Shown: positions 1-12,890 of the stretch, one piece after another | Layout: every line of letters begins with the position of its first letter | Numbering within the stretch: the stretch's first letter is position 1 | Source of the DNA: Camelus dromedarius | Taxonomy: Eukaryota | DNA: 64,000 nucleotides | Assembly: GCF_036321535.1 (NCBI RefSeq) | Contig: NC_087437.1 | Coordinates: forward strand, 27,220,001 to 27,284,000 | Reading direction: 5' to 3' | Translations under genes and position numbers: made by a program | Notes under the pieces: generated by a model | What the model was told of the DNA's origin: nothing | Seen by the model: the letters and a program-made list of their open reading frames with translations, nothing else | Databases searched by the model: none

Positions 1-643
1 TGAGAACATTTATTCATGTATATAAGAAGATGGGAGTGGAAGGAGTCTCTCTATAGCAACGACATTCAGTTCTTTGAATTCTGTACACTTTAAGGTATGT
101 TACAAGAGCCGCTGAGAGATAACTCGCAAGGTAGACTGTGAAAGCAGTGATGTGATTGTTTAAATCACATAAACCTGGTGGAATTGATTTCTCCACCCAA
201 CCCGGGCAAGGAACCATTATTAGCTGGGGTGTTTGCTGAGAGCACTGGGAATGTGAAAGGTAAGAACTATAAGCTCAGTTGCAAAAATGTAATAATTACG
301 TGTGTTTCTTATTTTTGATATATATCAACCAAATATTTTTGGTTTTCTTCCCTTCTTATTCTTTTGTCGTCTACCCTAAAATGTGTCCATAGTATTTAAC
401 TTTATATCTTAGTATGTAAGTTACAGGAGAGCCAAAGGGGCATTGAATCAGCTGGAAGAATGAACATCACCCAGGAACAAAAAAGGGGACTTTGCATCCC
501 TTCCTGGGGAAAGGATTGGTGAAGTTTTGGTTGTGTGCGGGATAGTCGTAAGACATTAGGCGAACGTATGACTTTGCTTTTGTCTTTGGAGGTTGAGTAT
601 GGTTAAGGATACATGCGCGAGTGCCAAGCTGACAAAAAGTAGA
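1..643 (+). mobile_element. ERVL internal 3' remnant ending in a polypurine-tract-like segment
   Basis: gagtatggttaaggat...gtgccaagctgacaaaaagtagac|tgtg resembles the ERVL 3' end/PPT directly abutting an MLT2 LTR. Confidence 0.65.
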
Positions 644-1698
644 CTGTGTGGCTTTGAAACGTGTCATATTGGCTAGGCCGAAATACATTGCCTACAATTC
701 CGTTTCCTGCATTGGGGTGCACCCCCAGGGAGATTCTCGGTGGATATGGAGGGTGATCATCAGGCAGCTGCCAGTTTGTCGCTCGTACAGGTTATCATTT
801 ATCTGCTGCTTCACTTCATTGGCAAGAGGCAGCAGCTGGGTCTACTTTAGCTTTTCTGACTGCTGGGCAGGGACGTGTGTTCGGCTGCACAAGGAAAACT
901 TTGGCTTCTGCAGGATGCCATTAAGGTCAGAGGCAACACCAGCTGATGTAGGTTTTGGTCTGTCTTTGTGGGATCCAACATGTTCCTGCTCTCCCCGGCT
1001 TTACATCCATCCTGACTGCCTGTCCGGCATCAGTCAGGAAGACAAATCCTTATTGCGATAGTTAATTTTGTGTGTCAATTTAGCTCCGTTAAGGGATGAC
1101 CAGATAACTGGGAAAACATTATTGCCCAAGGGGTGGGGGTCTACCAGGGTGCTTCTGGGAGGATTAGCTCTCAAACTGGGAACTGAGTAAAGCAGATGGT
1201 CGTCCCCAGTGTGGGTGAGCCTCATCCAGTGGACTGAGGGCCTGAACAGAACAAAAAGGCGGCAGGAGGGAGAATTCACTCTTCTTTGCTTGAGCTAAGA
1301 TGTTCACTTTCTCCTGCTCTGGGAATTTGGTGCTCCTGGTTCGTAGGTTTTTGGCCTTAGAGTAGGATTTACACCATTAGCCCTTGATTCTCAGGACTTT
1401 GGACTCAGACCGAATTACACCACCAGCTTTCCTGGGTGTCCAGTTTGCAGATGGTAGTTGTGGGACTGATTTCTCAGCCTGGGTAACTGCATGAGGCAAT
1501 TCCTATAATAAATCTCTTACCTATGTGAATTGCTATCTACATCTATATCTAGCCTAGCAGTTCTGCTTCTCTGGAGAACCCTGTCTAATACATTTACAGA
1601 GACTACTCAACCAACTCCCAAAATTGCATGGGGTCCAATTTCTATAAGAAACCCCATCTTAGTGGTCCTGTTTCTTTGCTAGAACCCTGATTGATATA
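644..1698 (+). mobile_element. MLT2F-like ERVL LTR, split by a second LTR
   Basis: Starts tgtgtggctttgaaacgtgtcatattggctagg; resumes at 1593 and ends gaaccctgattgatata. Confidence 0.7.
1054..1592 (+). mobile_element. MLT2B-like solo LTR, full length
   Basis: tgcgatagttaattttgtgtgtcaa ... ctctggagaaccctgtctaataca; TG..CA termini; AATAAA near 1507. Confidence 0.85.
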
Positions 1699-1962
1699 GT
1701 AAGTTATAAAAATAAATTAGAATCAATATGCTATTTTCAAAAATTTTGCAATAATGCAGTTTGTGGTTTACATCATAATTTATTTTATTGTTGAAGCCAG
1801 TACATAGTTTGATAAAGGCAGGGTATTTCTCCTGTAATGAGTGTGGGAGCACATAGGAACACCAGTGTTCTGCCTTAGAGAATAATTATGGTGGAATTTA
1901 GCATAATAATCTGAAATAACTTTGGTAATTTTTGAACACTATAATCAGACTTTTCCAGTTTA

Positions 1963-2100
1963 GTTTATTTTATTTCATTTTAATTTTTTTTAATGAAGGG
2001 AGGTAATTAGGTTTATTTATTTAGTAGAGGTACTGAGAATTGAACCCCGGACTTCATGCATGCTAGGCATGCACTCTACCACTGAGCTATCCCCTCCCCC
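1963..2100 (-). mobile_element. Camelid vic-1-type tRNA-derived SINE
   Basis: Minus strand reads ggggaggggatagctcagtggtagagtgcatg...aaacctaattacctccc plus A-rich tail; TSD tccagttta at 1954-1962 and 2101-2109. Confidence 0.9.
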
Positions 2101-2604
2101 TCCAGTTTATTTTATGAAAGAGAAAGGCAAATAATACTAAAACCTAATTGGTCCAGGAGCTAGCATATAATTTTATTTCTTACTAATAGGAGTTTTAAAA
2201 TATTAAACATTTTATAAAATGAAATAATGAGATTTTACTCTAATTAAACTAAACATTTCATGATATATAGTAAAATATGTTTTAAGTAGACTGTTAACAA
2301 TATACGTTGAATCTGAGAAAATGTTACCCATAGGTTAATTCCAAAGTGTCTTGAAAAACTGACAAATCTGGAGAATATTCACCATCAGTAATCGCTACTG
2401 TTTTGGCTGCTCAAAGTTGCTTTTCTTTCCAACTAATGACAAGTTCTAGGCATGAGTATTGAGAATAGCAGAAAATATTTGCTTGTGTTTAAATACATGA
2501 AAAAAAGTTATTTTTAGCATTCAGGATTTCTAATTGATGCTCTCTTTGCTTTGCTGTCATGAAATTCTCCCTTGGATGATTCATCCTTTGAAAATAGGCT
2601 GGGA

Positions 2605-4090
2605 AAAAAATGACAAAAGATCTGAACAAACAGTCCACAGAAAAAAGGGTTGCAGATTGCTTCTAGTCATAAGGAAAAATGCTTAGTTTTATCCAAAATA
2701 AGAGAAATGCAAGGTAAAACTGCACCAAGAGGGATCAAACTCCTGGAGAGGTGAGGTGGAGAGACCTGGCATGTGGGCTGGGTGAGTAGGTGATGAGATT
2801 CAGAGCTGGGGATTCAGGGAAGCGGGAGGAACACTGGCCTCAACGTGGCAACGATGTGTAGAGAGGACATCTCCTCCAAATGTTAGTGATGTGGGGGTTT
2901 AAGATAGCCACCTCTTGAGATGGCTGAAGACAAAACTCAAGACAGAAAAAAATAAAAACAAAAACCATTCTATACACACTACTATGCACAAAATAAATAG
3001 AAAACCAGAACCTACTGTATAGCACAGGGAACTATATTCAATATCTTGTAATAATGTATAATGAAAAATAATCTTAAAAAGAATATATGTATGTATAACT
3101 GAATCACTTTGCTGTATACTTGAAACTAAAACAACATTGTAAATCAACTATACCTCAGTTAAATAAATAAATAAATAACAAAACCCATTCTGCCAAGATG
3201 CAAAATTAACAAAAATTTTTTTCAAAGTGTGACAATTCTGTTGACAAGGCTATGGGAACAGAAACTCTTACATTGCTGGGGTAGAAATACAAAATGACAC
3301 AACCCCTATGGAGAGGAGTTGACAGAATCTTAAAACATATGCATTTACCTACTATCCCAGAAATCCACTTTAACGGGTCACCTGCAAAAATACGAAGTGA
3401 TAAATACACAAAAACTTTTGCCGCGCTAAACTGTTAAGTGCAAATGGAGAGAATGCAAATGTCAAAAATAAAAGACTAGTTGAATAACTATGGTACCCAT
3501 GCGATGGAATACTATATAGTTATAAAAAGGAAGAGAATTCTATGGGAAAAATAGTCCATTTCTTTCAGTAAGTGTCAGAGGGGAAAAACGAGAAATGGAA
3601 ACTTATAGATTAAAATAGGTTGAATGCAGTCAAATGCAATGCATGAATTTTGTTTGGATCTTAACTCCAACAAATCACCTAGAAAAAAAGACACTTTTGA
3701 GATGAGGATAATTAGGAAAATTTAAATCTGGCCTAGGTATTAAATGATATTAAAGAATCATTATAATAGGGAATTATTATCATGATCATGACATTGTGGT
3801 TATATTTACAGAAAGGTATAGAAAGATGTATCTGCTGAGAATATGTACAGAAAAAGCTACAGGTAATATGATACGTAAAGTATAGTGTTTGCTTTAAATA
3901 CTCCTTCCCCACCAAGAGTAAAGTGTGTGTGTGTGTTTGTGTGTATGTCTGTGTACATGTGTGTAGGAAAATGAATGAAACAAGGGTGGAAAGATGCTGA
4001 CTGTTATGGAAGCTGGGTAATGGGTACTTGGTTTATCACACTATTCTCTATTTTTGTATATGTTTGGAAATTTCCATAATAAAAAGTTTA
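2605..4090 (+). mobile_element. Old L1M (L1ME/MC-like) ORF2-end and 3'UTR fragments, interrupted
   Basis: Degenerate L1 motifs (aaaagatctgaac.., gagaaatgcaa.., ...ggaaatttccataataaaaa). Confidence 0.6.
2972..3179 (+). mobile_element. 5'-truncated cetartiodactyl L1 3' end
   Basis: cctactgtatagcacagggaactatattcaatatcttg...gtaaatcaactatacctc plus (AAAT)n tail; TSD aaa(a/c)ccattct on both sides. Confidence 0.88.
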
Positions 4091-7000
4091 GTGTTTTCAA
4101 ATTAAAAGAAAAGAGATTGTTAAATAAAAATGATTATTCCCACATTCCATTCTACTATATACCTTAATCCATAACATCCCAACACAAGCCAAAATACTCA
4201 GTTACATTTCAAAATTATGGTTCTATGTAACAGAATCCCGAATCCACTGGCTTTCACTGTTCTGAATTTGGGGCAGCCCAATACCAGCTGGCCAATACCA
4301 GGCAGCTGGCTGAGCTTCACCTTTGACCTTAGAAGTGTATAACACAGAGAAAGGCAGGAAGGGTGATGGGGTTCTGATTAATTAATTAATTAAGACACCC
4401 CTTTTATATCTTCAGAGGTCCTTTTGTATCCTAGGGCAATGCACTGTCAGCTTTGGAATGGGTGAGGGCCAGTGTGGGAGAGGGGCTGCTGTGATGTAGA
4501 ACCCCCTACCCCTCACCCCACCCCAGGGTGGATGGGTTTCAGCAGAGCACAGAAGCAAGCATAGGCTCTAGAAACCAGGTGCCCTAAAATGACCCCTGCT
4601 CTAGTTTCCCAGGGAGGGTCTTTGTTTATCTGTAAAGGTCCACACGCTGCTGCAAAGACTGCTCATCTGCAGCTGGGCATCGGTCCTCAGCATCTCCTGA
4701 TGTCCTGATCTCTGGCCAGGTCTACAGCAGACTGTACAGGGCAATCTGTGCCGTGTACAGAGGTGCCAGGTGTGAGAGTAGGGAGGACATCCACCCCAGG
4801 CTCGCCAAGCCTGCAGCCTGGCAAGGAAGGGCCTTCATGTAACTCGTCTTCGGGGGCGGTTTCTGTCATTTGCACAGAGGTGGCATCCATGCTAGCGGAG
4901 GCCCAGGCCCTGGGTGTCCGTTCCTAGCATTCTTCCAGTTCCATCACCTTCCCAGGATCAGAGCTTTAGGCCTCTGCTAGGTAGGAACCCAGACGCATCT
5001 GCAGTTTGGTGCTTCAACGGCTTTGTGTTAATTGTAGAATTGGGGGTTCTTTCTAAAATCATCTGGTCAGTCATGTTCAGAGGGCAGCAAATCCTGGAGT
5101 CTCAGGGGAGCACAGACTGTAATGTAATCTTCATCCTATTCTCCTTTCCTCCTTTAAACCCTTGCGCCCTCAGTGCAAACTCAGATGTGTTCAGTATCTT
5201 GAAAATGATAACGCAGATCTTTTTAACGATTGTTACAGAAATATTTTTAGAATAACATTTTCCTAATTATAAAAATTATACATGTTCACTGTGAAAAAAG
5301 AAACTTGGAAATTTTGTGAATAATGGCAAAAAATTCTTCTACTCAGAAAGTATTAACACTGGGTGTTTTCTAATTATCTACTTATCATGCGTGGATCTCT
5401 ATGTAGCTGTATTTGACAATACTGGGAATAACCTGTACTGACAGTTTTATATCTTGCTTTTGTCATTAAGTCTTTGAACAGTTTTTTTTTAATAGAGTGT
5501 AATTGGAAAGGCACTGTGCTGGGCTGTGGGGTATACAATGTATGTGTGTGTGAATGTGTGTGTGTGTTTGTATGTGCATGCACGTGTGTAAATTTGGGTG
5601 TGCATGATTCTATTTTCCAGCTTGTTCTCCAAAGTAAAGAAGCAATAGATGTTATCTCTGCCCTCCCAGACTTTCCAATCTAGCAGAAGAAATAATACAT
5701 GTACATAATTAACTTCAGTATGGTGGCAGCATATAATAAATCATGAATTCCTCAGAGATAACTTGGAGATGGGATGAATCTACATATGCATATTCTGGGC
5801 ATTTTCCTGTTCTAGTAACTGACATTGAAGAACTATAACCAGAGTCTCGAAGCTTCCCCCAATCTGTGAGTGAACAATTTCTGCTTTTCAAATGCAGAAA
5901 TCATTGAAAAGTTTGGTAAGCTCATGCCAAAGGGATGTTGTAACCAACCGAATTTGTCTCGTTTTCCTGGTCCCCCACCTCTGAAAGGTCACGCTGCCAA
6001 TGCTCTGTTTTGTCAGAGGTAGAGTCCTGGGCAGCGACGCCACCTATCTCTGGTATGTTCTGAGGGTAAGGAATAGATGAGACATTCAAAGAATAAAAAG
6101 AGGTTTCGCTCCTTCCTCCTTGGTGTGCCATGGGAAAACACTCATTTAGAATAATTAGAGCTAAGTAATGGAGAAGCTGTAATGGGACGTTAGCCAGGCG
6201 TGTGACACGACAGGAGATTGCCCCACTAATGAGGAGAGAAGACCCAGTCTCCAGTAATTCAGACCCTTCACAGTGAATTCCCGTATGAAAAGTGAGACTT
6301 TCACCTAGGCAGGGACTGGGAGATCAGCAGGGAGCCTATGACGGGTGAATGTACCCTTTTCAGAGGCAGAGAATTCCTGGTGTGCCTCCTGGTGCGTTTT
6401 AAGCGATTTTCTTCTCCATCAGTGCCCGATCACCATTATTTATAAAAGGTATAATCAGAAACCAGGGGCTCCCTGTGCCTTTGTAGCTGAGGCTCTGCCC
6501 ACCTAACTGGTGCCTGGGCAGACGATGGAGGTGCTCTCCTAGTGCTTCCTGTTGTCTTCCTGGGGCAGCTTCCAGGGCTCAGGTGAATTTGCTTATACTC
6601 ACTACTCGTGGAAAAATCCCAATAAATCTTGGTTCAGGGCGATTTTATTTTATTTGGGAAAGAAAGCTCTGCCCCCACCTTCCAGCAAGGATTTGCGTGT
6701 GTTGTTTATTCCCCCTTAGTGCAGATGTACAGAAACTTTAGAGGACAGTGTGCAGACCTTGTTTGGTGTTCTCTACCTAAGGAAAAGAATCACAGTTTTA
6801 TTGGTATTCACTATTTCTGCAGGGACGAAAGTCATTACCTGACGGGCTGGGCGGTCCAACACCAGGTGGAGATATTTCCCAGTAGCCCCTCACAGGAGAG
6901 CTCTGCTCCCAGAGTGCTGACCAGTACTCTTGGGTTTTCTGAAGGATGTAAACAAAAGGGCCAAGTCCTGAGTATTTATTTGATATGCTTGCATGGAAAA

Positions 7001-7629
7001 ATCAGACTAAAAAAGTACGTCAGATTCCATCTTGAGAAGCATATCGGTGAATTTACCTCTGCCTACGAGAGAGCCCTCTGTAGTGGCTTAACCCCATTCA
7101 GGTGGAAAATGATATTCTTGGTCATCTGACCATGGAGATTTTTCTTAGCAAGACAGGAAGTGGGAATTTAGGCTGTTACAGAATAAGAATGGCAAAAGCA
7201 ATAGAAGTTTTCCTTTTAGACAGAGATGAGGCAGTGAGGCCCTGCCAGAAGGTGTGGTGAATTGTCATTACCAGGTTGGTCATCTGTTTATAGTACTCAG
7301 TCCACCCATTTGCACCATCTACAATACATAAAAAATATTTGCCTGGGGGTGCGATGTGTGGAGCAATGCTTTTCTTTCTGCAAAGCTGAGATTCATTTAG
7401 AAAGAAGGCCTGACCCCTTGTGGCTCCTGGGTCACTCTGCTGTCAAACTGAGCTCTTTGAAGGCAGAAATCTTCCTGACCATGTGAGCTTCCTGCTTAAA
7501 ATCTTTTAGGCTTCCTGATGACATCCGAACTCTGATGATCTGGTCACAGATGGTCCCTTTAGCCTCTCCTCTGATAAATCTTCACTTTGCCCACTGGAGC
7601 CCTCCCCACTGGGCTCCAGTGATACCTAA

Positions 7630-7870
7630 CCAGTTTTTTCTTTTTTTCAGCTTATATTTACTGAGCTTGTTTTGTACTCCTAAGTCAAACACTGTGCAAA
7701 GGATTTTTACATGGGTTATCTCACTTAGTCCTGAGGACAATTCTAGGAGGTAGACACACAGAGGGTACGTCACTCACCTAAGGTCCTGTAGCTAATAAGT
7801 GCTCAACCAGGATCTGAACCTGCGCGGTCTGACCACCAAGCCCATGCCCGTCACTGCTGGGCTGCACTGC
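7630..7870 (-). mobile_element. MIR, inside L2 remnants (about 7450-8210)
   Basis: atttactgagc...ctcacttagtcctgaggacaa...ggatctgaacc pattern; flanks resemble the L2 3' region. Confidence 0.55.
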
Positions 7871-8254
7871 CTTCTCACCTAAAGGCACCTTGCTCTCTCT
7901 TGCTTCATTGTCTTTGTTTATGCTGCTCCTTTTTCTCTTCATTCCCCATGGGCTCCTCTCCTTGTTTAGAAATCAGTATCGATGTCACCTCCTTCAGGAA
8001 GCCCTCTCACACGGAATCTCCTAGCACCTGTATCTAATTGTCACAGTACTTGTCACACTTGTGTGTGGATGTATGTGTGTGTAATATTTTTCATAGTCTC
8101 CCTCCTCACTAGGCTAACAACTTCTTTTAGGTAAGGATGACTTCTTTTATCTCCATAGCCCTACCTCCCAGAACTTAGGCAGTCCTAAGTATATAGTGAG
8201 ACAGCCAATACAGTTTTTCCTTTTAGGCAATGGACGCATGATGTGTGGCTTTTG

Positions 8255-8635
8255 CTCACCCAGTGGTCCAGGGCTGGGATAGCAGCACCAGGGTGAAGGG
8301 CCCCAGTCTCCTATCTTTTTGACCCACCATCCTGAAGGTGCTGCTCTTGTCCATGTGGGCCTAGATGGACCATCTCCACAGTGTCCATCCACAGTCAAAC
8401 CAGTGGGAAGGGAGGAGAGAATAAGGGTCCCCTCAAGGACTCAGCTTGGTGTTTGCATTGCTCACTTCTGCTCATATACCATTGGCTGGAACTGTGTCAC
8501 GTGGCTATGCCTTGCTGCAAGGGAGCCTGGGAAATATCTTCTGGGGACCATCTGCCCAGATAAAAACTATTAGTGTAACTGTATTACTGTAGGAGGGAAG
8601 TGAATATTTCGGGACAACTACCAATTTCTGCCACG
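8255..8635 (-). mobile_element. MLT1J/K-like MaLR LTR fragment
   Basis: cacttctgctcatataccattggc...tcacgtggc...gctgcaagggagcctgggaaat. Confidence 0.65.
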
Positions 8636-8668
8636 ATGAATGAGAATTTTAAAATCACTGGAGAGTCT

Positions 8669-8806
8669 GGGGGAGGGTGTAGCTTAAGTGGTAGAACGTA
8701 TGCTTAGCATTCACAAGATCCTGGGTTCAATCCCCAGTACCTCTTCTAAAAATAAGTAAATCAATAACCTAATTATCTTCCTCCTCAAAAAAAATTAGAG
8801 AAAAAG
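8669..8806 (+). mobile_element. Camelid vic-1-type SINE
   Basis: A box gtagcttaagtgg, B box gggttcaatccc; perfect TSD tcactggagagtct at 8655-8668 and 8807-8820. Confidence 0.92.
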
Positions 8807-9074
8807 TCACTGGAGAGTCTGTCTTGGGCATATTAAGTTAAAACAACGTGTGGAGTGCTGAAGTTTTAGTTTACTAAATAGTCATTTATTTTATAGGCTC
8901 TAAAGCCTTTAATAATTTTCTGGCTGGAATCGTTTGTCAGTGTATGTATTATTAAGTGAATCGATCTAGTAGAACCATGGAGGAGGGGCCTGTCAGAGGA
9001 GGTTTCCTGGATTAGATTGTATCTGACCTGATATTTGAGGCATGTGCAGGGTCGAGCCAGGTAACGACCAACCC

Positions 9075-9515
9075 ACATCTCCAGCTCCAGTGGCTACAGT
9101 GGTGACCAGCTGCGCCTGCGCCTCGGATCTCTTGCCTTCTGTCCTGGGGCTTCCCTGTTGACGCTGAGGCATGGGAAGTTACGGAAGCCCCCCTTGGTGC
9201 CCACACGTACACAACCGGAAGTCCAGGGCAGGTAACACCCTCTGGGGTGGACCTTCACTCTGAGACGGGGGCTGCTGGATACATTTTTGTCCCTTTGTCA
9301 CCCAGGTGGAGGTTCTGAGGTGCATTTTCAATGGCTTCTCAGGGGAGTGGCCAGAGGTCAAGCATCTTGTGTCCTCCACGTGTCTCATCCTCCTTCCCTG
9401 CCTCCCTCCCCGTGTCCCTCCCTCCTGCTCCATGGGAGTTGCCACCCCTAAATAAAGGAGAAATACAGAAGCCTTCGCCTCTCAGACCCTGCTTTCTGGG
9501 GAACACCTTGTTTCC
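9075..9515 (+). mobile_element. LTR16A-like ERVL LTR
   Basis: caaccggaagtccaggg..taacaccc...aaataaa...tctcagaccctgctttctggggaac. Confidence 0.65.
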
Positions 9516-10518
9516 TCAGATCCCATTTCCCCTTCCACCAGTGGCATAAATCCATTCTCCTCTGCTGTCTCTGTGAAAAGGGCGAGGTGCACATAGCCAT
9601 CCGCATGAGTGCTCCCCCCTCCCCCCTCTTTCCCTGGAGGAGGTTTTAACTTCTGCAAAGACTTAGAGGCACAGGACATTTTCAGAAAGCCATTCAACCA
9701 CACATTTCAATTTAGATCTCATTGATCCCATGTTAGCATGTAGAGAGAGAGTTATTAAAGTCTGCGGTTCAGTGGTTCCTGCCCTGGCCTCCGTCTCTCA
9801 CAGAGGAGCTGTCATTGGCATGGGCGGGGGTGGGGGCAGGCAGGGAGGTGGGGCTGCGGGCATCGAGCTTTCTCACGGCTTTCAGGAGTTGGTGACACGT
9901 CTCTCTAGAGTCAGGTTAATGTTAGGATGAAAGTCCCTCTCCCCCACCTCAAACCCACAAAAATTCTCCCCCAGAGACTCAGCAAGGCACAAGCATCTCA
10001 TCTCGACGGTGGAGTCCCTACTATAAATAGAACTCAGAAGAGATCTTATTACGGTTAACCTGTTGGCCAGTCTTGGTTTCTGCCTTTTATTCATTTAATT
10101 GTGACAACATGACATTAAAGAAAATTTAAGAGAAAGATAAAAAGATCAGCTGTAGTCCCACTCACCAAATTCAGTGCTGAGAACTTGCCGGGAGCAGCTG
10201 GCGTAGGTGACCTTTGTGGTGTTGCCTGGGTCTAGGAGTCTGTGGCTCTTGGCTGCTATTGTGCTTCTCTTCCCTGTCCTGCTGAGGCTGGTGACAGCCC
10301 ATCACCTTCCCAAGCCCCATGGTCGGCCCCCACGGTCAGCCGCTTGCTGAGCCTGCACGCTGCCCTGAGTGGAGCGGATCCTGGAGGGAGCAGTCTACGT
10401 GGTTCCCTTATTAGCCCTAAAGGGGCAACCCTCTGGGTGTGGGAGCATCTTCCTGCCATTAGGAGGAGCTTGAATGTTTTTGATACAATAGCAAAACACA
10501 GCGGCTCAAGATTTACTT

Positions 10519-10633
10519 TTTTTGAGGGGGGAAGGTAATTTGGTTTAGTTATTTATTCTTAGAGGAGGTGCTGGGGATTGAACCCAGGACCTTGTGCATG
10601 CTAAGCATGCGCTCCACCACTTGAGCTCCCCCC
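10519..10633 (-). mobile_element. Camelid vic-1-type SINE
   Basis: ggggattgaacccaggaccttgtgcatgctaagcatgc; imperfect TSD aagatttactt/aggacttactt. Confidence 0.88.
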
Positions 10634-12072
10634 AGGACTTACTTACCTTATAGAACTGTAAAAAACAAAGTGTAAAGGAAATCATCCACCGTACCGTCAT
10701 CTCACGATATTCATTCTTACTACTTGAGTGTGTTTTCTTCTGTATGTACATATGACATGTTCTCTGCTGATCACATGATTGCTTGAGCACCCGTACTGCC
10801 TTGTGAGCAAGCAGCCCAGAACCTCCCCCTGGAATTCTGTTCCGTAGGATGCCGCACTCCCCACTCTTATTTGCGGAAAAACTCCGGGAGCTTGCTTGGG
10901 ATAGGGTGGCTCAGTTCTGTTGTCAGATGCCAGGCATGATAACACCAGAATCTGTGATCATTCCTCTTTCGCTCATTGCATCACAGAATTGCTCTTGAAG
11001 ACTGCCTCTGTACTTTTGGATGGGTGACCTCGGTGCTCTCTGAAGCCTTACAGAAGTGCTTCACATGTTAGCTTCAGGTTCACAGTCATGAAGTCCCAAA
11101 GTTTGAAACAGCTGAGGAACGGCACAGCTGGGAAGTCTGTAACCCATCCCAAACCCTCGAATCCTTTGTGTTGAGTCTGGACCAGCTCTAAACTAGCCTC
11201 TTTTTCTCAGGGTAATTTTATACCATAACCTCATTGCCCTTTGCTCATAGTACCAAGTCTTGCTTGGGATCACACCATGATTCTTCTAACAAATCTCTCT
11301 ACGTTGAAATTCAGCAAGCAGGGGTGGGACATTACAGTACCTTCTTACCCAGAAGGAGCTTGGATACTCTATATTCATAGATCTACTCATCCCCACAGTC
11401 CTCTGTCCTACCTACTAGGGGAAGGGGGAGGTTTTGCCAAGCTCCAAGAAAGGTAGGGACCAATTATACCTTTTTCTCCAGGGGCATGGATGGCCCCTGC
11501 CTACATTTCTGTTGTTAACAGGGCCCCTCGGGCAGTAGTCCATTGGCAAATGTTTAACTAACAGATCTCTGAATAAATAAGAAGCCCTGATTTTTTGTTT
11601 GCTAATTTCTGTGACGGAAACACTCTCACCAATTTCAGTCTCTCCAGATGATGCCACTGCTGGGAGTTAGGGGCAGACACACACAATTGGCAGCCTCTGC
11701 AGTGGGAGTCCAGCCAGCTGCAGGACAGCAGTGCCTCAAGTGACCAGGGGTGACAGAGATCTGCTCTGAGGGCACCTCCTATCTTTGCCTACAGAGAACT
11801 TCTGGGAGCATTTTCTAAGTCAGTAGTAGATAAGTAACTGAAGTACGCCCCATTACACACTTAAAACTGAGATCATACCAAGCAATATGTTCTCTAAACG
11901 TTACTGAATAAGGCTTCTGGTATCCAGGTTTTTCGCACTTGTGAAAATTCTTAGAGAACCAGGTTGATTTGGGGGGGTTTAATTATAAGGTAAAAAAACT
12001 GTGCTCATTAATTAAGCCACTGCTTCTTCCTCCCTCTCCTCCTGCCCCTTAATCTGGGCCCCTAGTGCCAAG

Positions 12073-12087
12073 AGCGCCCCCTTCTGG
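12073..12087 (-). promoter_or_regulatory. Candidate CTCF site
   Basis: Minus strand CCAGAAGGGGGCGCT, one mismatch to the CCASYAGRKGGCRS core; motif only, no binding evidence. Confidence 0.45.
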
Positions 12088-12199
12088 GGAAGCTCCCTCC
12101 CACCACGTTTCCCTTTTCTGGGGATTTTGCCCATGGCCTTAATACATGTGGTGGTGAGATATAATTTGGTAAAAATAGGCACAGGTTATAGGATCCCTA

Positions 12200-12355
12200 T
12201 ATTTATTCAACATTTTTTTAATCAGGGCTTATGATGTGCCAGGCACTGTTTTAAGTGCTGAGATTAACCTGTGAACAAAATAGAGAAAATTCCTGTTCTC
12301 ACAGAGCTTACATCCTAGTGAGGAAGGGCAGACAATAAATGAATGAATGAATGAG
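12200..12355 (-). mobile_element. L2 3' end
   Basis: ttattcaacatt...tgtgccaggcactgtt...gagcttacatcctagtg. Confidence 0.75.
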
Positions 12356-12724
12356 TGCTGTGCAAACAAGGACCAGTGGCCACTGGGTCAGCATTCACTT
12401 TTTGCTGGGGAAAACAGAGGAGTCCTGGTGTCTTTCAGAAAGATTCCAAAAGTTGATTATCCTGCTATGGACTCTTTAAGGGCACTGTTTGGGGTCAGAA
12501 CTGCATTCAACTTTGAAGTCCCCCTTCCCATCAACCCTCAAGACTCAGACTCTGATTCAGGAGCTGTGCCAGGCACTCTGGTCAAAGGGCCTTTAGAAAA
12601 GATGTGCTGGCCTCGCTCCTCCACCCCTTCTTCCCTGGTGAACCATGTACCTTCCACTGATGTAGCACATACAGGGGGCAGAAGGTGGGGGCAGCGTGGG
12701 GGAAGAATTCCGGAGGCCAACCAG

Positions 12725-12890
12725 AAGCTTCAAGTCCTGGCCTTGCCATTTACCAGATGTGAGACTTCAGGCAGCTTGCTTACCTTCTCTGAATCCGTTT
12801 CCTCACCTGGAAAACTGGTTACTAAATCTAAACTCAAGATTGTTGTGAAGCTTACAATAGCTGATACATGGGAAAGCATGTTGCAAACCT
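12725..12890 (+). mobile_element. MIR
   Basis: ttcaagtcctggccttgccatttaccag...ttctctgaatccgtttcctcacctg core. Confidence 0.7.

Noticed and set aside
8669..8745. tRNA gene (also at 2030-2100, 10570-10633, 23730-23786)
   Set aside because: A and B boxes are present, but each is followed by a SINE body, A-rich tail and TSD, so these are tRNA-derived SINEs.
9822..9860. Other G4 motifs (also 4502-4524 and 38403-38431)
   Set aside because: The pattern is present but common in mammalian DNA, and there is no context suggesting function.
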